DNA from: Polyangiaceae bacterium
GTDB taxonomy: Bacteria; Myxococcota_A; Polyangia; Polyangiales; Polyangiaceae
Assembly: GCA_044376115.1 (NCBI GenBank)
Contig: JBILLK010000032.1
Location: 32,001 to 96,000, forward strand
Direction: 5' to 3'
DNA length: 64,000 nucleotides
Below the pieces are notes generated by a model. That model had not been told where the DNA came from. It worked only from the letters and a program-made list of their open reading frames with translations, and did no database searches. Shown piece after piece: positions 1 through 9,850 of the stretch (the stretch's first letter is position 1; the number at the start of each line of letters is the position of its first letter). A program made the position numbers and the translations under genes.

Positions 1-3000
1 TTCTTGTCCCAGCCGACGCTGAGCAGCGAGCCCGCGTACACGGCGACAGCGGTGATCTCGCCTTCATGCCCCGTGCGCGTCTCGAGTCGGACGCCGCTGG
101 CCACATCGTAGAGATCGGCGTTCAACGAATCGCGCACCAGCGCGAGCCTGCCGTCGGCGACGTCGAAGTGTGGCCGGCCCTTGCCGACCTCGAGCGCGAG
201 GTTCCGCTTGTCGGCCAGGTCGTAGATGCTGAGCTTTCCTTCGGCAGAGGCGATCACGTGCGCTTCGTCGGCCCAGCGCAGCTCGGCGATCTTCTGTTTG
301 CCGAGGGAGAACTTGAAGAGCTCGCGACCGGTCGCAAGCTCGAAGCCCTCGACGTAGCCATCCGCGGTGCCGCGAGCGAAGGCTTTGCCCTCGGGCGATA
401 GAGCGGTGGCGGTGATATCCCCGCGCGCGGCGGGCACCATCAGGCGTTTGGCCCCATCGCGTAACCAGCTCGCGTTTTTGCTCGAGAGCGCCATTACGCC
501 TGCAGGTCCGAACTCAACGAACTGGAGCTCGCTGGTTCCCGACCACACGCTCTGCTCGCGCGCAGAGGTGGAGTATTCGATCAGGTCGCCCTCGCTCGGT
601 AGCAGGAAGAGCGAAGTCCCGTCCTGATTGAAGCGGAGCGCCGTCGCGATACCGAGCGCCTCGCTCTCTTCGCGCACGAGCTCGAGCGAAGGCAAGGCAT
701 ACAGCCGCAGATAGAACTTCGAGCTGCGGTTGTCGGAGGCCGCCGTGGCCAGTAGACGCTGGTCCGGCGAGACGGCGATCTTCCACACCAGCCCGCGGTG
801 CGGCAAGCGATGCAGGATCTTCCCGCTGGCCGCCTCAAACACGAACACGTCTTCATCGGAGCCGGCCGCGACGATCAGCCCGTGCAATTCGGAGCCTGCG
901 ACGTGGAACATCGGGCGGGCCGGCCCCTCCATCACCCGCGCTCCAGCGCCGCCGGTATCGAGGCGCGCGAGCTCGAGCAGCTCCTTGTCGGAGTTCGAGC
1001 GAGCGGCCTCCTGCGAGAGCGAAAGCGCCGCTCGATAGAGGGCGTAGGCGTCGTCGCTCAGGCCCTTGTTCTCGGCGCCGCGGGCCTCGGCCACCAGCGC
1101 ACGTTGCTCGGCGAGTAGCTTCTCCCGACTGGCCTCGCGCCGGCGGCTCTCCGCCTCGGCGGTGGCGGCGGTCGCGCGCTGCCATTGGACGAACATGAAG
1201 CCGGCGAAGACCGCCAAGCTGATGAAGGCCGCTGCGAGCAGGCCGTTGCGGACGCGCTTTTCACGCACCGCGGCGCGCTGACACTCGCTGGCGAAGGCCT
1301 GCTCGGCTTCCGCCAACGGCTCGCGCGCTCGGCGCAAAAACAGCGAGAGTTCGCTTAGCAGCTCTCCGCGCCAAAGCAGTCCGCGCGGCCGCGAGCGCGA
1401 CTCCCACTCGCGCGCCGCCTGGCGCAGCGCATAACGAAGCCGCTGGCCTTGTTCGTCTTCGGAGAGCCAGCCGGCGAGCCTGGCCCAATGTTGAATCAAC
1501 GCCTCGTGCACCAGCTCCACGGTGCTCTCACCGCTGGCGTCCTCGGTCATCGTCAACAGCCGCGCTGCCACCAAACGATCGAGCACACGCTGCGTCTCGG
1601 CGGCCTCGCGCGCGGCCGAGAGCAGCTCGGTCAACGGTACGATCGCCCGCGTCTTTTCGCCGGTGACCAGCCGCAACAGCAAGCTGCGACACGCCGTTTG
1701 CTCGGCTGCTGAGAGCACCGTGAAGACGTTGTCGGCGTGCGAGGCCAACGCGCCGAGCGCTCCGCCCAACGCCTCGTAGGCCGCGCGCGTCAGCCGCTTC
1801 CAACGTCGGTCGCGCGCCTCCCACAGCCGATCGGCCGTGAACGAGAGCAGCGCCAGCGCCGCGTTGGCGTTCTCCACCGCCTCGATGATCGCGGTGGCTA
1901 GCTCTTCGTCCTCGAAGCTGTAACCGAAGGCTTTGGCCGGCCCGATCAGGATGCGAAAGAGCGCCTCACGATCCGGCGTGGTGACGATCTCGATGGTCTG
2001 GCTGAAGACACCGAAAAGCGCCGGGATGGTCGCGAGCCGCGCGAAGAAGTCCTCACGCACGCTGACCACCACGCGCGTGCGACCCTCCGGCTGGCCGAGC
2101 ACCCGCAACAGGCGCCCCACAGCGTCGCGCTCGGCGTTGTCGCTGCTGACGGTAAGCAGCTCTTCGGCCTGATCCATCACCAACACGAAAAGCTCGGCGT
2201 TCGCTCGCGTGAGGTCCTCGATGTGGAGCCGCAGCGCCTTGGGATCGCTCGCCAGCGCTTCGATCTCCTCGCGCGGACGCTCCAGCGCCTCAGCGATGCG
2301 GCTGACGAGCGAGGCCAGCGGATGAGCTCCGGGCCGCACGAACACCACCATCACCTCTTTGAGCAGCGGCAGCGCGCCGGCGCGCAGCAACGAGGTCTTC
2401 CCGCTCCCACTCGCGCCGGTCAGCGTGACGAAGCCGCAGCGTCGAATGCGGTTGGCCAGCGACTCGGCTTGGTCTTCACGACCGAAGAACAACGCCGCTT
2501 CACTCGGACCAAACGACGAGAGCCCGCGATACGGCCGCTGCGGTGCGTTCACCCCGCCGCCCGCCTCGCTCTCCGGCGCCGGCTCTTCGTCGGAGAGCAC
2601 CGCGTCCAGGCTGGCCCACGCGGCCGACTCACGGTGCTCGACCATGGTCGGAAAGCAGACGTAGAGCGCGCCGCGTTTGGCCGGACCATCGAGGATGAAC
2701 AGCCGATCCTCATGCCCCGACTTCTTATCGATCACGACCGGCGCCAGCGCCAAAAGCGGTTGGCCGTCAGCGCTCAGCAACAGCGGTTGGTTGGCTTCTT
2801 GCGCCTGCGCGACGGCCAAGTCGATGCGCCGAAAACGACCGCTCGTCGGCGTAGGCCCAACGAATAGCGAGGCCGGTTGCAACGGCGTTTCTTCACGCGA
2901 CCATTCGCGCGGGACCACCAGCCGCAGCTCCGACCAGAGCGGCTGCAAGAGCTCGAGCGTGCGCCCGAGTTGGGGCACGCGCTTCGACAAGATTTGTTGC

Positions 3001-3506
3001 AACGCCTCGCGCGTGCCCGTCGCTCCGTGCGCCACCGTCTCGCTCTTGCGCATCACCAAGAGTTCGTCCCACAGCTTGAGTAGCTCGCTCTTGCGTGCGT
3101 GCACCAAGCGCACGAGCAGCGGCAGCGGATGCGCGTCGGCGCTGTTCTGCCAAGGCCGGAGCAGCTCGCGAATCAGCGCCACCCATTGCCCGTCGGTGAG
3201 GCCGCGGCCCCGCAGTTGACGCAAGAGTTCAGGCACCTGAGCCGACTCCGCCTCCGGCCCAACGCCAAACTGCAAGCGCGCCGCGAGCACCAGCGCCGCG
3301 ATCAAACGCAGCTGCGCGCGGAACACCTCGACCACGCGATCGCGCTGCTCGAAACGACTCTCAGCGCCGACCAACGCCAGCAGCGAATCGGCGAGCGGCG
3401 TGGGACTCGAGGCCAGGGCGCGATCCACCAGCGCGCTGTTGAGGCCCGCAGCGCTGCCCGCCGTGGGACCGCCGGCTCCACCGTCGCTCGGCTGCGCTGC
3501 GCTCAC
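1..3506 (-). CDS. Large STAND (nSTAND1-like) NTPase with N-terminal HEPN-like helical domain, one TM helix and C-terminal WD40 repeats; 3' end runs off the window
   Basis: Absent from the ORF track because there is no stop in the window; translated manually from GTG 3506, which overlaps the upstream TGA (GTGA). Motifs: PYRGLSSF..FFGRE, Walker A GASGSGKTS, Walker B VLVMDQAEEL, SVREDF, ELVHEALIQHW, TM GLLAAAFISLAVFAGFMFVQW, WD repeats ending GHEGEITAVAV..SVGWDK. Confidence 0.88.
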   Translation of the reverse strand, partial: MSAAQPSDGGAGGPTAGSAAGLNSALVDRALASSPTPLADSLLALVGAESRFEQRDRVVEVFRAQLRLIAALVLAARLQFGVGPEAESAQVPELLRQLRGRGLTDGQWVALIRELLRPWQNSADAHPLPLLVRLVHARKSELLKLWDELLVMRKSETVAHGATGTREALQQILSKRVPQLGRTLELLQPLWSELRLVVPREWSREETPLQPASLFVGPTPTSGRFRRIDLAVAQAQEANQPLLLSADGQPLLALAPVVIDKKSGHEDRLFILDGPAKRGALYVCFPTMVEHRESAAWASLDAVLSDEEPAPESEAGGGVNAPQRPYRGLSSFGPSEAALFFGREDQAESLANRIRRCGFVTLTGASGSGKTSLLRAGALPLLKEVMVVFVRPGAHPLASLVSRIAEALERPREEIEALASDPKALRLHIEDLTRANAELFVLVMDQAEELLTVSSDNAERDAVGRLLRVLGQPEGRTRVVVSVREDFFARLATIPALFGVFSQTIEIVTTPDREALFRILIGPAKAFGYSFEDEELATAIIEAVENANAALALLSFTADRLWEARDRRWKRLTRAAYEALGGALGALASHADNVFTVLSAAEQTACRSLLLRLVTGEKTRAIVPLTELLSAAREAAETQRVLDRLVAARLLTMTEDASGESTVELVHEALIQHWARLAGWLSEDEQGQRLRYALRQAAREWESRSRPRGLLWRGELLSELSLFLRRAREPLAEAEQAFASECQRAAVREKRVRNGLLAAAFISLAVFAGFMFVQWQRATAATAEAESRRREASREKLLAEQRALVAEARGAENKGLSDDAYALYRAALSLSQEAARSNSDKELLELARLDTGGAGARVMEGPARPMFHVAGSELHGLIVAAGSDEDVFVFEAASGKILHRLPHRGLVWKIAVSPDQRLLATAASDNRSSKFYLRLYALPSLELVREESEALGIATALRFNQDGTSLFLLPSEGDLIEYSTSAREQSVWSGTSELQFVEFGPAGVMALSSKNASWLRDGAKRLMVPAARGDITATALSPEGKAFARGTADGYVEGFELATGRELFKFSLGKQKIAELRWADEAHVIASAEGKLSIYDLADKRNLALEVGKGRPHFDVADGRLALVRDSLNADLYDVASGVRLETRTGHEGEITAVAVYAGSLLSVGWDK

Positions 3507-5005
3507 GGCGGCACGCTCTCCAGCTCCACCGCCGGCGCGAAGCTCAGCCGCACCACGGTGCCGGCGCCGCGCTTGGAGCGCACGTCGATCTGCCCGCCGT
3601 GTTGCTCGACCAGCTTCCTCACGATCGCCAAACCAAGCCCGGTTCCAGCCGGCTTGGTGGTGAAGAAGGGATCGAAGATCTCGTTCAAGTGGCTCTCTTC
3701 GATGCCGTCGCCCGAGTCGGAGAGCTGCAGCACCACCTCGCCCGCCAGCAGCTCCACCGAGGCGACCAGTTGGCCGCCGTTCGGCATCGCGTCGAGCGCG
3801 TTCACCACAAGGTTGAGCACCACCTGCTTCAGCTTCTCGACATCGCCGACCACCAACATGCGATGGCCTAGGCGCGTCTCGAGCACCACCTCCTGCTGCT
3901 CGATCGCCTGCGCCTCGAGCTCGAGCACGTGCCGCATCACCTCCGACAGATCGACCTTTTCGCGTTGCGGCGGGCGCGGCCGCGTGAGCTCGAGGAACTC
4001 GGTCACCAGCCGCTCCAAGCGGCGCAGCTCGGAGGCGACGATGGCCACGCGCGAGACCATCGGCTGGGAGAGCACCGGGTCGGGCACCTTCTCCACCGCG
4101 CGCCCGAGCAGATGCAACTGCAACACCGCAGCGTTGAGCGGATTGCGGATCTCGTGCGCGAGGCCGAGCGCCAGCGGCGCGATCGCGTTCAAGGCCTCGG
4201 CATTGGCGGCCCTGCGCTCGAGCGCGGCGCGCTGCGTGATATCGACGCCGACGGCGTAGATATGGTCCTCGGTGACGGCGTCATCCTCGCCCACCCCGAT
4301 CAAGTGGAACAGCACGCGCCGCACGGCGCCGCTCTTTTCGCGCATACCGACCTCGACGAAAGTGCTGGCCGGTGCCGGCTCGAGCGCGACCGAGGCTCTG
4401 CACGCCGACTCGAAACGCTTGCGATCCCCCTCTTCGATCAAGGCCGAGAAGCGCTGGTTGCGCGCGCTCTCTTCGTCGTGGCCGATGAAGTTCTGCAGCG
4501 TCGGGTTCAAAAACACGACCTTGCCCTCCAAATCGATGCCGGCGATCAAGAGCTCGGCGGCGTTCATCAACGCATTGGAGCGCCGCTCGTATTTGGCTCG
4601 CTCGCGTTTGAGGTTGACCTGCGAGAGCGCCTGGGTGACCGCGCTGATCAGCTCCTCTGGCGCAAAGCCCTTCAAAATGAGCCCGAACGCGCCCGCGCGC
4701 ACCGCCCGCACGGCGCTCTCGACGGTGGCGTTGCCGGTCAGCAGCACCACCTCGCCGAACGGCATCGCCTCGCGCAGCGGCGCCACCAAATCGATGCCGA
4801 AGGCGTCGGGGAGCCGCACATCGACGATCGCCACGTCGAAGCGTTGTTGCCCCACCAAGATCAGACCGGTCTTCGCGTCGGGCGCGACCACGATCTCGGG
4901 CAGGCCCATTGAGCCAGGAACCAGCTCAGAACCAAGCAAAATCTCGCGGACGTTGTCAGCTAACTCGGCGTTGTCGTCGAGGATCAAGATTCTAGGGATC
5001 GCCAT
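3503..5005 (-). CDS. Hybrid sensor histidine kinase (receiver-PAS-HisKA-HATPase)
   Basis: ILILDD..DVRLPD..LLTG..LK receiver; LAHEIRNPL H-box; NLVVNALDA, DSGDGI, FDPFFTTK, GTGLGL. Start ATG 5005 (alternative 5053). Confidence 0.92.
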   Translation of the reverse strand: MAIPRILILDDNAELADNVREILLGSELVPGSMGLPEIVVAPDAKTGLILVGQQRFDVAIVDVRLPDAFGIDLVAPLREAMPFGEVVLLTGNATVESAVRAVRAGAFGLILKGFAPEELISAVTQALSQVNLKRERAKYERRSNALMNAAELLIAGIDLEGKVVFLNPTLQNFIGHDEESARNQRFSALIEEGDRKRFESACRASVALEPAPASTFVEVGMREKSGAVRRVLFHLIGVGEDDAVTEDHIYAVGVDITQRAALERRAANAEALNAIAPLALGLAHEIRNPLNAAVLQLHLLGRAVEKVPDPVLSQPMVSRVAIVASELRRLERLVTEFLELTRPRPPQREKVDLSEVMRHVLELEAQAIEQQEVVLETRLGHRMLVVGDVEKLKQVVLNLVVNALDAMPNGGQLVASVELLAGEVVLQLSDSGDGIEESHLNEIFDPFFTTKPAGTGLGLAIVRKLVEQHGGQIDVRSKRGAGTVVRLSFAPAVELESVPP

Positions 5006-5067
5006 CAACTCTCGATTCGAATGACAGAAGCGTTCGGGCGCGAGGGTGCTCATGGTAGGACTCGCCC

Positions 5068-6411
5068 ATGCGGTTCGTCGACAGTTGTCGAATTCGCGTT
5101 TCTGCCGGTGACGGCGGGAACGGCGTGGTGGCGTTTCGTCGCGAGAAGTTCATGCCTATGGGCGGTCCCTCGGGTGGGGACGGAGGAAAAGGTGGCGACA
5201 TTGCGTTCATCGCCGATGAAGGTTTGTCGTCGCTGCAAGACGTCGTCTACCAACGGGTGATCACCGCTGAGCGCGGCGAACACGGCCAAGGCAGTGATTG
5301 TTACGGTCGCGGCGGCGCCGACAAGATCGTGCGCGTGCCTGTCGGGACGCAGGTCTTCGACCAAGAATCCGGCGAGTTGATCACCGATTTGACCGAGCAC
5401 GGTCAGGTCCTGGTGATCGCGCAGGGCGGCCGCGGCGGTCGCGGCAACATGCACTTCGCCACCCCGTTCGATCGCGCGCCGCGGCGCGCCGAGAAGGGTG
5501 AACCCGGTGAATCACGGGAGGTTCGCCTGGAACTGAAGGTGATGGCGGACGTTGGTCTGCTCGGCTTCCCCAACGTGGGCAAGAGCACCTTTGTCGCCGC
5601 GGTTTCCCGCGCTCGGCCGCGCATCGCCGATTATCCGTTCACCACGCTCGTCCCTTCATTGGGCGTTGTGGACGTGTTCGGTGGTTCGCGCATGGGCGGT
5701 ACCCAATTCGTGATCGCCGACATCCCGGGGCTCGTTCCGGGAGCGAGCGAGGGCATCGGCTTGGGCGTGCAATTCCTCAAGCACGTCGAGCGCACGCGGG
5801 TGCTCTTGCACTTGGTCACCTTGGACTTCGCCGAGGGTCGCGACCCGATGACCGACTACAAGGCGATCCGCAAAGAGCTGCAGAAATTCAGCCCCGAGCT
5901 CGCGCGCCGTCCGGAAGTCGTGGTGCTCTCCAAGTGCGACATCCCCGAGGTGGCCGAGCGTTACGAGGCCTTAGCGAAGGTCTTCGCTAAGCGCGGCATC
6001 CTGCTGCATCGAGTAAGCGCCGCAACGCGCGAGGGCCTCGAGAAGCTCGTCGTCGATCTGTACAGCATCAGCGCTGGCAAAGCCGAGCCCGCGGTACCGC
6101 CCGACGCTCCGAAGAAGAAGGCCGCTGCTCCGAAGAAGGCTGCCGCTCCCAAGAAAAAGGCCGCTGCTCCGAAGAAGGCCGCCGCTCCCAAGAAGAAGGC
6201 CGCCGCTCCCAAGAAGAAGGCTGCCGCTCCCAAGAAGAAGGTCGCCGCTCCCAAGAAGAAGGTCGCCGCTCCCAAGAAGAAGGCCGCCGCTCCCAAGAAG
6301 AAGGCCGCCGCTCCCAAGAAGAAGGCCGCCGCTCCCAAGAAGAAGGCCGCCGCTCCCAAGAAGAAGGCCGTCTCTCCCAAGAAGAAGGCTGTGGCCAAGA
6401 GGAAGCGTTGA
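5068..6411 (+). CDS. obgE: GTPase ObgE/CgtA with Lys/Ala/Pro-repeat C-terminal tail
   Basis: MRFVD..GDGGNG..FRREKF..GGPSGGDGG Obg fold; GFPNVGKS, DYPFTT, DIPG, SKCD, SA motifs. Confidence 0.97.
   Translation: MRFVDSCRIRVSAGDGGNGVVAFRREKFMPMGGPSGGDGGKGGDIAFIADEGLSSLQDVVYQRVITAERGEHGQGSDCYGRGGADKIVRVPVGTQVFDQESGELITDLTEHGQVLVIAQGGRGGRGNMHFATPFDRAPRRAEKGEPGESREVRLELKVMADVGLLGFPNVGKSTFVAAVSRARPRIADYPFTTLVPSLGVVDVFGGSRMGGTQFVIADIPGLVPGASEGIGLGVQFLKHVERTRVLLHLVTLDFAEGRDPMTDYKAIRKELQKFSPELARRPEVVVLSKCDIPEVAERYEALAKVFAKRGILLHRVSAATREGLEKLVVDLYSISAGKAEPAVPPDAPKKKAAAPKKAAAPKKKAAAPKKAAAPKKKAAAPKKKAAAPKKKVAAPKKKVAAPKKKAAAPKKKAAAPKKKAAAPKKKAAAPKKKAVSPKKKAVAKRKR
6109..6396 (+). repeat. Coding tandem repeat of 14 PKKKAAA-like units (21 bp, two 18-bp variants)
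   Basis: Repeated CCCAAGAAGAAGGCCGCCGCT read directly. Confidence 0.95.
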
Positions 6412-7460
6412 GTCTGCGCGAGCTCCTCGGACAGCCGAGCGCGCTCGCCGTGCTCAGCAGCGCGCTCGAAAAGGGCGAGCTGCATCACGCCCTTCGCTTT
6501 GAAGGACCGCCCGGTGTCGGCAAAGAGCTGGCGGCGTTTGGTGTGGCGATGGCCTCGGCCTGCACCAGCGACGACCCGCTCGGCTGTGGTCACTGTGAGG
6601 GCTGCCGTCGAGCGGTCACCTTTGCAGAAGGTCCGCCGGCGGTGCCGATTCACCCGGATATCGTGCTGATCGAACGCGGGCGTTATGCAGACCTGCTGCG
6701 CGATGGAGGCCGCAAGATCGAAGAGCGCACCGAGATCAGCATTCAGCAGGTGCGCCAGATCATCCAGCCGCAGGTCACCTACTCGGCGAGCGAGGCCAAG
6801 CGCCGCATCTTCATCATTCGAAGGGCTGAGGAGATGAGTATTGGTGCAGCCAACGCCTTGCTCAAAACCCTCGAGGAGCCGCGCCCCGGTAACCACTTCA
6901 TCCTGCTCACCTCGCGCCCGGACAGCCTGCTGCCGACCATCCGCTCGCGCACGATGCCGATCCGTTTTGCGCCCTTGCCCGGCAGCGTGATGCGTACGCT
7001 GCTCACGAAGAACGGCGTCGAAGAGAGCCGCCATGACGAGCTGGTGGACCTCGCGCAAGGCAGCATCGAGGCCGCGCTCGAGCTCGCCGGAGCCGAGAGC
7101 GCCGGCGAGAAGTCGACCTTCGTCAAGGCAATCGAGAAGGCGATTTGCATCGGCACACCCGGCGCAGCCACGCAGTTCGCTGAATCAGCGCCGAGCGACC
7201 GACACAACTGCCGGCAGGCGCTGATCGGTTATGCCGCCCACCTCGCGCGTCGCAGCCGCACGCTGCTGCAAAACGGCGGTAACCCCGATGATGCGCGCCG
7301 CGCCGCCGAGGGCTATTCGCACCTCTTGCGTGTGCTCGCCGACATGGAGGAATTCAACGGCTCACCGGCGATGCAGCTCGGCGCGCTGGTGCTCGAGCTC
7401 GCCGAACGCGGCGTGGTACCACCGGAAGAGCGCGCTGCGGCTGTGGGTAGGGCGCGGTAA
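6408..7460 (+). CDS. holB: DNA polymerase III subunit delta'
   Basis: LHHALRFEGPPGVGKE, CGHCEGC Zn site, HPD, AANALLKTLEEP, LLPTIRSR; TTGA overlap with obgE. Confidence 0.9.
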   Translation: MSLRELLGQPSALAVLSSALEKGELHHALRFEGPPGVGKELAAFGVAMASACTSDDPLGCGHCEGCRRAVTFAEGPPAVPIHPDIVLIERGRYADLLRDGGRKIEERTEISIQQVRQIIQPQVTYSASEAKRRIFIIRRAEEMSIGAANALLKTLEEPRPGNHFILLTSRPDSLLPTIRSRTMPIRFAPLPGSVMRTLLTKNGVEESRHDELVDLAQGSIEAALELAGAESAGEKSTFVKAIEKAICIGTPGAATQFAESAPSDRHNCRQALIGYAAHLARRSRTLLQNGGNPDDARRAAEGYSHLLRVLADMEEFNGSPAMQLGALVLELAERGVVPPEERAAAVGRAR

Positions 7461-7539
7461 CGCGGCTCACCGGCCCTGACGTCCTCGGGCTGCCCGCAGC
7501 AAGCGCGCTCTGTTAAGTGCGCCGGCAGGTCGAGGAAAC

Positions 7540-9012
7540 ATGAGCCAACGCAGTGAGTCGGTGCGTGCCTGGGTCGAGAAGCAGTACGAAGCGCTCAAAC
7601 TTGTGGGGCCTCCGGACGGCTGTGCGGCAGCTCTCGCCACGTTGCGGCGTGACTACACCGACACTCGCACGCTTTTCGGTTTGGACGCGACCGACGCTGA
7701 AGTTGCGGAGAAGCAGCAGCGGTTGCGAGGGATGGCGTCTGCCTGGCTCGAGTCGCTTCAGCAAGAGCCTCTCGCGGTACGAGTGAAGGCTCTGCAGTGG
7801 GTGGACTTTCTCGCCGCGTCGCCCTCCGATCGCGAGCTCGAGCAAGCGCCGGTGATTGAGAAGCTCAACCGGGCCTTCGTTGGGGCCTGGCGCTATCACG
7901 GCTTCGCAGACGGGCTCAGCGAGGAGCAACAGTCGCTCGCGCACACCCTTCGACAGCTCAACGCGCTTCCAGCATCGTTTCTCCCCGTCGCCACGCAGCT
8001 CGGTCGGGTTTGGGTGCTTGGAGAGGACGCGCGCGTCAGTGCGCAGAGCTTCGACTCGTACTCGCAAGCGTTCGGAGATCCCAGCGCCGCGCTGCAGGAG
8101 GCTGCAGAGAGCGCGGGGCTGGAGCTTTACTGCGGTATCGAGAGCTTGCTCGCGCAGCTCGAGGACGGCGCTAAGTCCTTCCGGCTTGGAGGCGGAGTTC
8201 TGGGGGACCGCCGCATCGAGATCCAGGCGAACGCAGATGGGCAGATTCGCGTTACTGGCGCAGGGCAAGCTCCGCATACGTTTGCGACCCTCAACGCCTA
8301 TCTCGAGGCCGTCGCTGCTGCGCTTGCAAGTGACGGCGGAGCTGCGCATGACAGCCTACCGCTCGGTCTTGTGCTCAACCACAAGCTCACGGCGTCGGGG
8401 AAGCGTCGGAATCTTCGGCCCAGTGTTTCCATCCTGCTCGAGCGAGAAGCGAAGATCGGCTCCCGAGCGGTTCGCTTCAAAGATTGTGAATCCCCTCCAC
8501 TCGACGGGGAGTTAGCCCTCTGGCACCCCATCGACGACTTCGAAGGCTCGCCTCGTTTTCGCTTCCAACGGCCGATCGCAGTTCGCAACGCCTGGCTCGG
8601 GACCGCACACCTGGCGCTGGTGCTTCACGACGGCTCCCCCGTGAGCCGATGGCTCGAGCTCGGGGACGCATCAACGGACACGACACAGCTTTATCTGCTG
8701 CGCGTCCAAGACTTCGAGGCCGTGCTCGAGCAGGTCTCGCCCGGTGACCTCGTTTTGAAAGGGACGAAGACAAACCCGTTCCAGTCGGTGAGTCTCGGAG
8801 GGGTCGCGTTCAACGTGCTTGAAACCGTGGACGGCAACGCTCGAGTGCATGGTGGGTTGGACGCCGGTGGCAAGCTCGTTTGCGTGATCATCGTGACGGG
8901 CGACATCGCATGGTCAGGCGAGGGCTACGTTCGGGGGCCTGCTTGGTCTGGCGTCATCACTGTCAGCGAGGGAATTCCTGCGCGCACGAAGAAAGGAAAA
9001 GCCCGGACTTGA
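7540..9012 (+). CDS. Hypothetical protein, C-terminal part resembles DUF4241
   Basis: 490-aa ORF with GAGG SD; C-terminal DGNARVHGGLDAGGKLVCVII resembles the DUF4241 end motif (weak). Confidence 0.65.
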   Translation: MSQRSESVRAWVEKQYEALKLVGPPDGCAAALATLRRDYTDTRTLFGLDATDAEVAEKQQRLRGMASAWLESLQQEPLAVRVKALQWVDFLAASPSDRELEQAPVIEKLNRAFVGAWRYHGFADGLSEEQQSLAHTLRQLNALPASFLPVATQLGRVWVLGEDARVSAQSFDSYSQAFGDPSAALQEAAESAGLELYCGIESLLAQLEDGAKSFRLGGGVLGDRRIEIQANADGQIRVTGAGQAPHTFATLNAYLEAVAAALASDGGAAHDSLPLGLVLNHKLTASGKRRNLRPSVSILLEREAKIGSRAVRFKDCESPPLDGELALWHPIDDFEGSPRFRFQRPIAVRNAWLGTAHLALVLHDGSPVSRWLELGDASTDTTQLYLLRVQDFEAVLEQVSPGDLVLKGTKTNPFQSVSLGGVAFNVLETVDGNARVHGGLDAGGKLVCVIIVTGDIAWSGEGYVRGPAWSGVITVSEGIPARTKKGKART

Positions 9013-9088
9013 GCGCCGACGTGCCGTGAGGAACAAGTTCCGGAATGGTTTTCGCGAGGCCCTGGTTTGTGAACTCAGGAGTTCGGAA

Positions 9089-9277
9089 ATGAAGAAACGA
9101 CGTTCGATGATTGCGCTCTTGGGAATGATCATGGCCGGTGTAGCTATTGCGGGGTTCGGCGCCCCGGCGTACGCCGCGGAGTCAGCTCCGGATAGAGCGA
9201 TAGCGGCGGAGGTTGTGCTCTCGGCTGTCACCGCCCGCGATAACCCCTCGACAACCGTACCCGCGGATCCACACTAA
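9089..9277 (+). CDS. Small secreted hypothetical protein
   Basis: AGGAG SD; MKKRRSMIALLG..AYA signal peptide. Confidence 0.55.
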   Translation: MKKRRSMIALLGMIMAGVAIAGFGAPAYAAESAPDRAIAAEVVLSAVTARDNPSTTVPADPH

Positions 9278-9343
9278 CGCCGGGTCCAGCGCTCGCTGGA
9301 GGTTTGGGTTGGTCGGGCCGCCAACCTGAGGCTCTCGCAGGAG

Positions 9344-9850
9344 TTGTTCGTGTTGGATTCAAAGCGGTCGGTCTACCGGGAGGCCGAGACGATCCCGGAG
9401 GTGAAGCTCGAGCTCGTGCAGGCGGACCGGCACTCGACGTTCGGGATGGCGTTTCTCGTGTTGTGGTCCTTGGTTGCAAGCTTGGTCGCTTGGCACGCAG
9501 CGCTGCCGTTCCGTATGGTGTTCCTGCTGATGCTGGTGATCGGCTTCGTGCGCTTGATCGACAGCGTGCGCGTCCGGCATCGGCTGCAGGTCTTCAGCGG
9601 GAGGCTCGAGCTAGAGCGGCGTGGGCTCTTGTTCTCGGAGCGCACGCGCGTCGCGCTTCGTTCGAGCGACAAGCTCAGGTTCAACTCGAACCCCGACAGC
9701 GTCGTCGTGGCGACCACCGCCGGCGCAAAGCAGGCTCTCGCGTACGGCCTTAGCCAAGAGAACGCGGCTGCGATGATCGCCTTCATCGAGCAGCAGCGCG
9801 CGCACGAGGCGGCGCTGCTCCAAGCCTCCGAGCAGCGTCAGTCGCGGTAG
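9344..9850 (+). CDS. Hypothetical membrane protein (2 TM)
   Basis: Two hydrophobic helices, GC3-biased codons. Confidence 0.6.
   Translation: MFVLDSKRSVYREAETIPEVKLELVQADRHSTFGMAFLVLWSLVASLVAWHAALPFRMVFLLMLVIGFVRLIDSVRVRHRLQVFSGRLELERRGLLFSERTRVALRSSDKLRFNSNPDSVVVATTAGAKQALAYGLSQENAAAMIAFIEQQRAHEAALLQASEQRQSR

Noticed and set aside
66..3500. Many plus-strand ORFs in the track (and similar long antisense ORFs elsewhere, e.g. 46683-48218, 59956-61308)
   Set aside because: Shadow ORFs of GC-rich genes on the opposite strand; no motifs
6109..6396. Repeat arrays (also 61183-61905) as CRISPR
   Set aside because: In-frame coding repeats without unique spacers; no cas genes
5961..7058. Antisense ORF with FFLGAAA repeats
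   Set aside because: Reverse complement of the obgE Lys/Ala repeat
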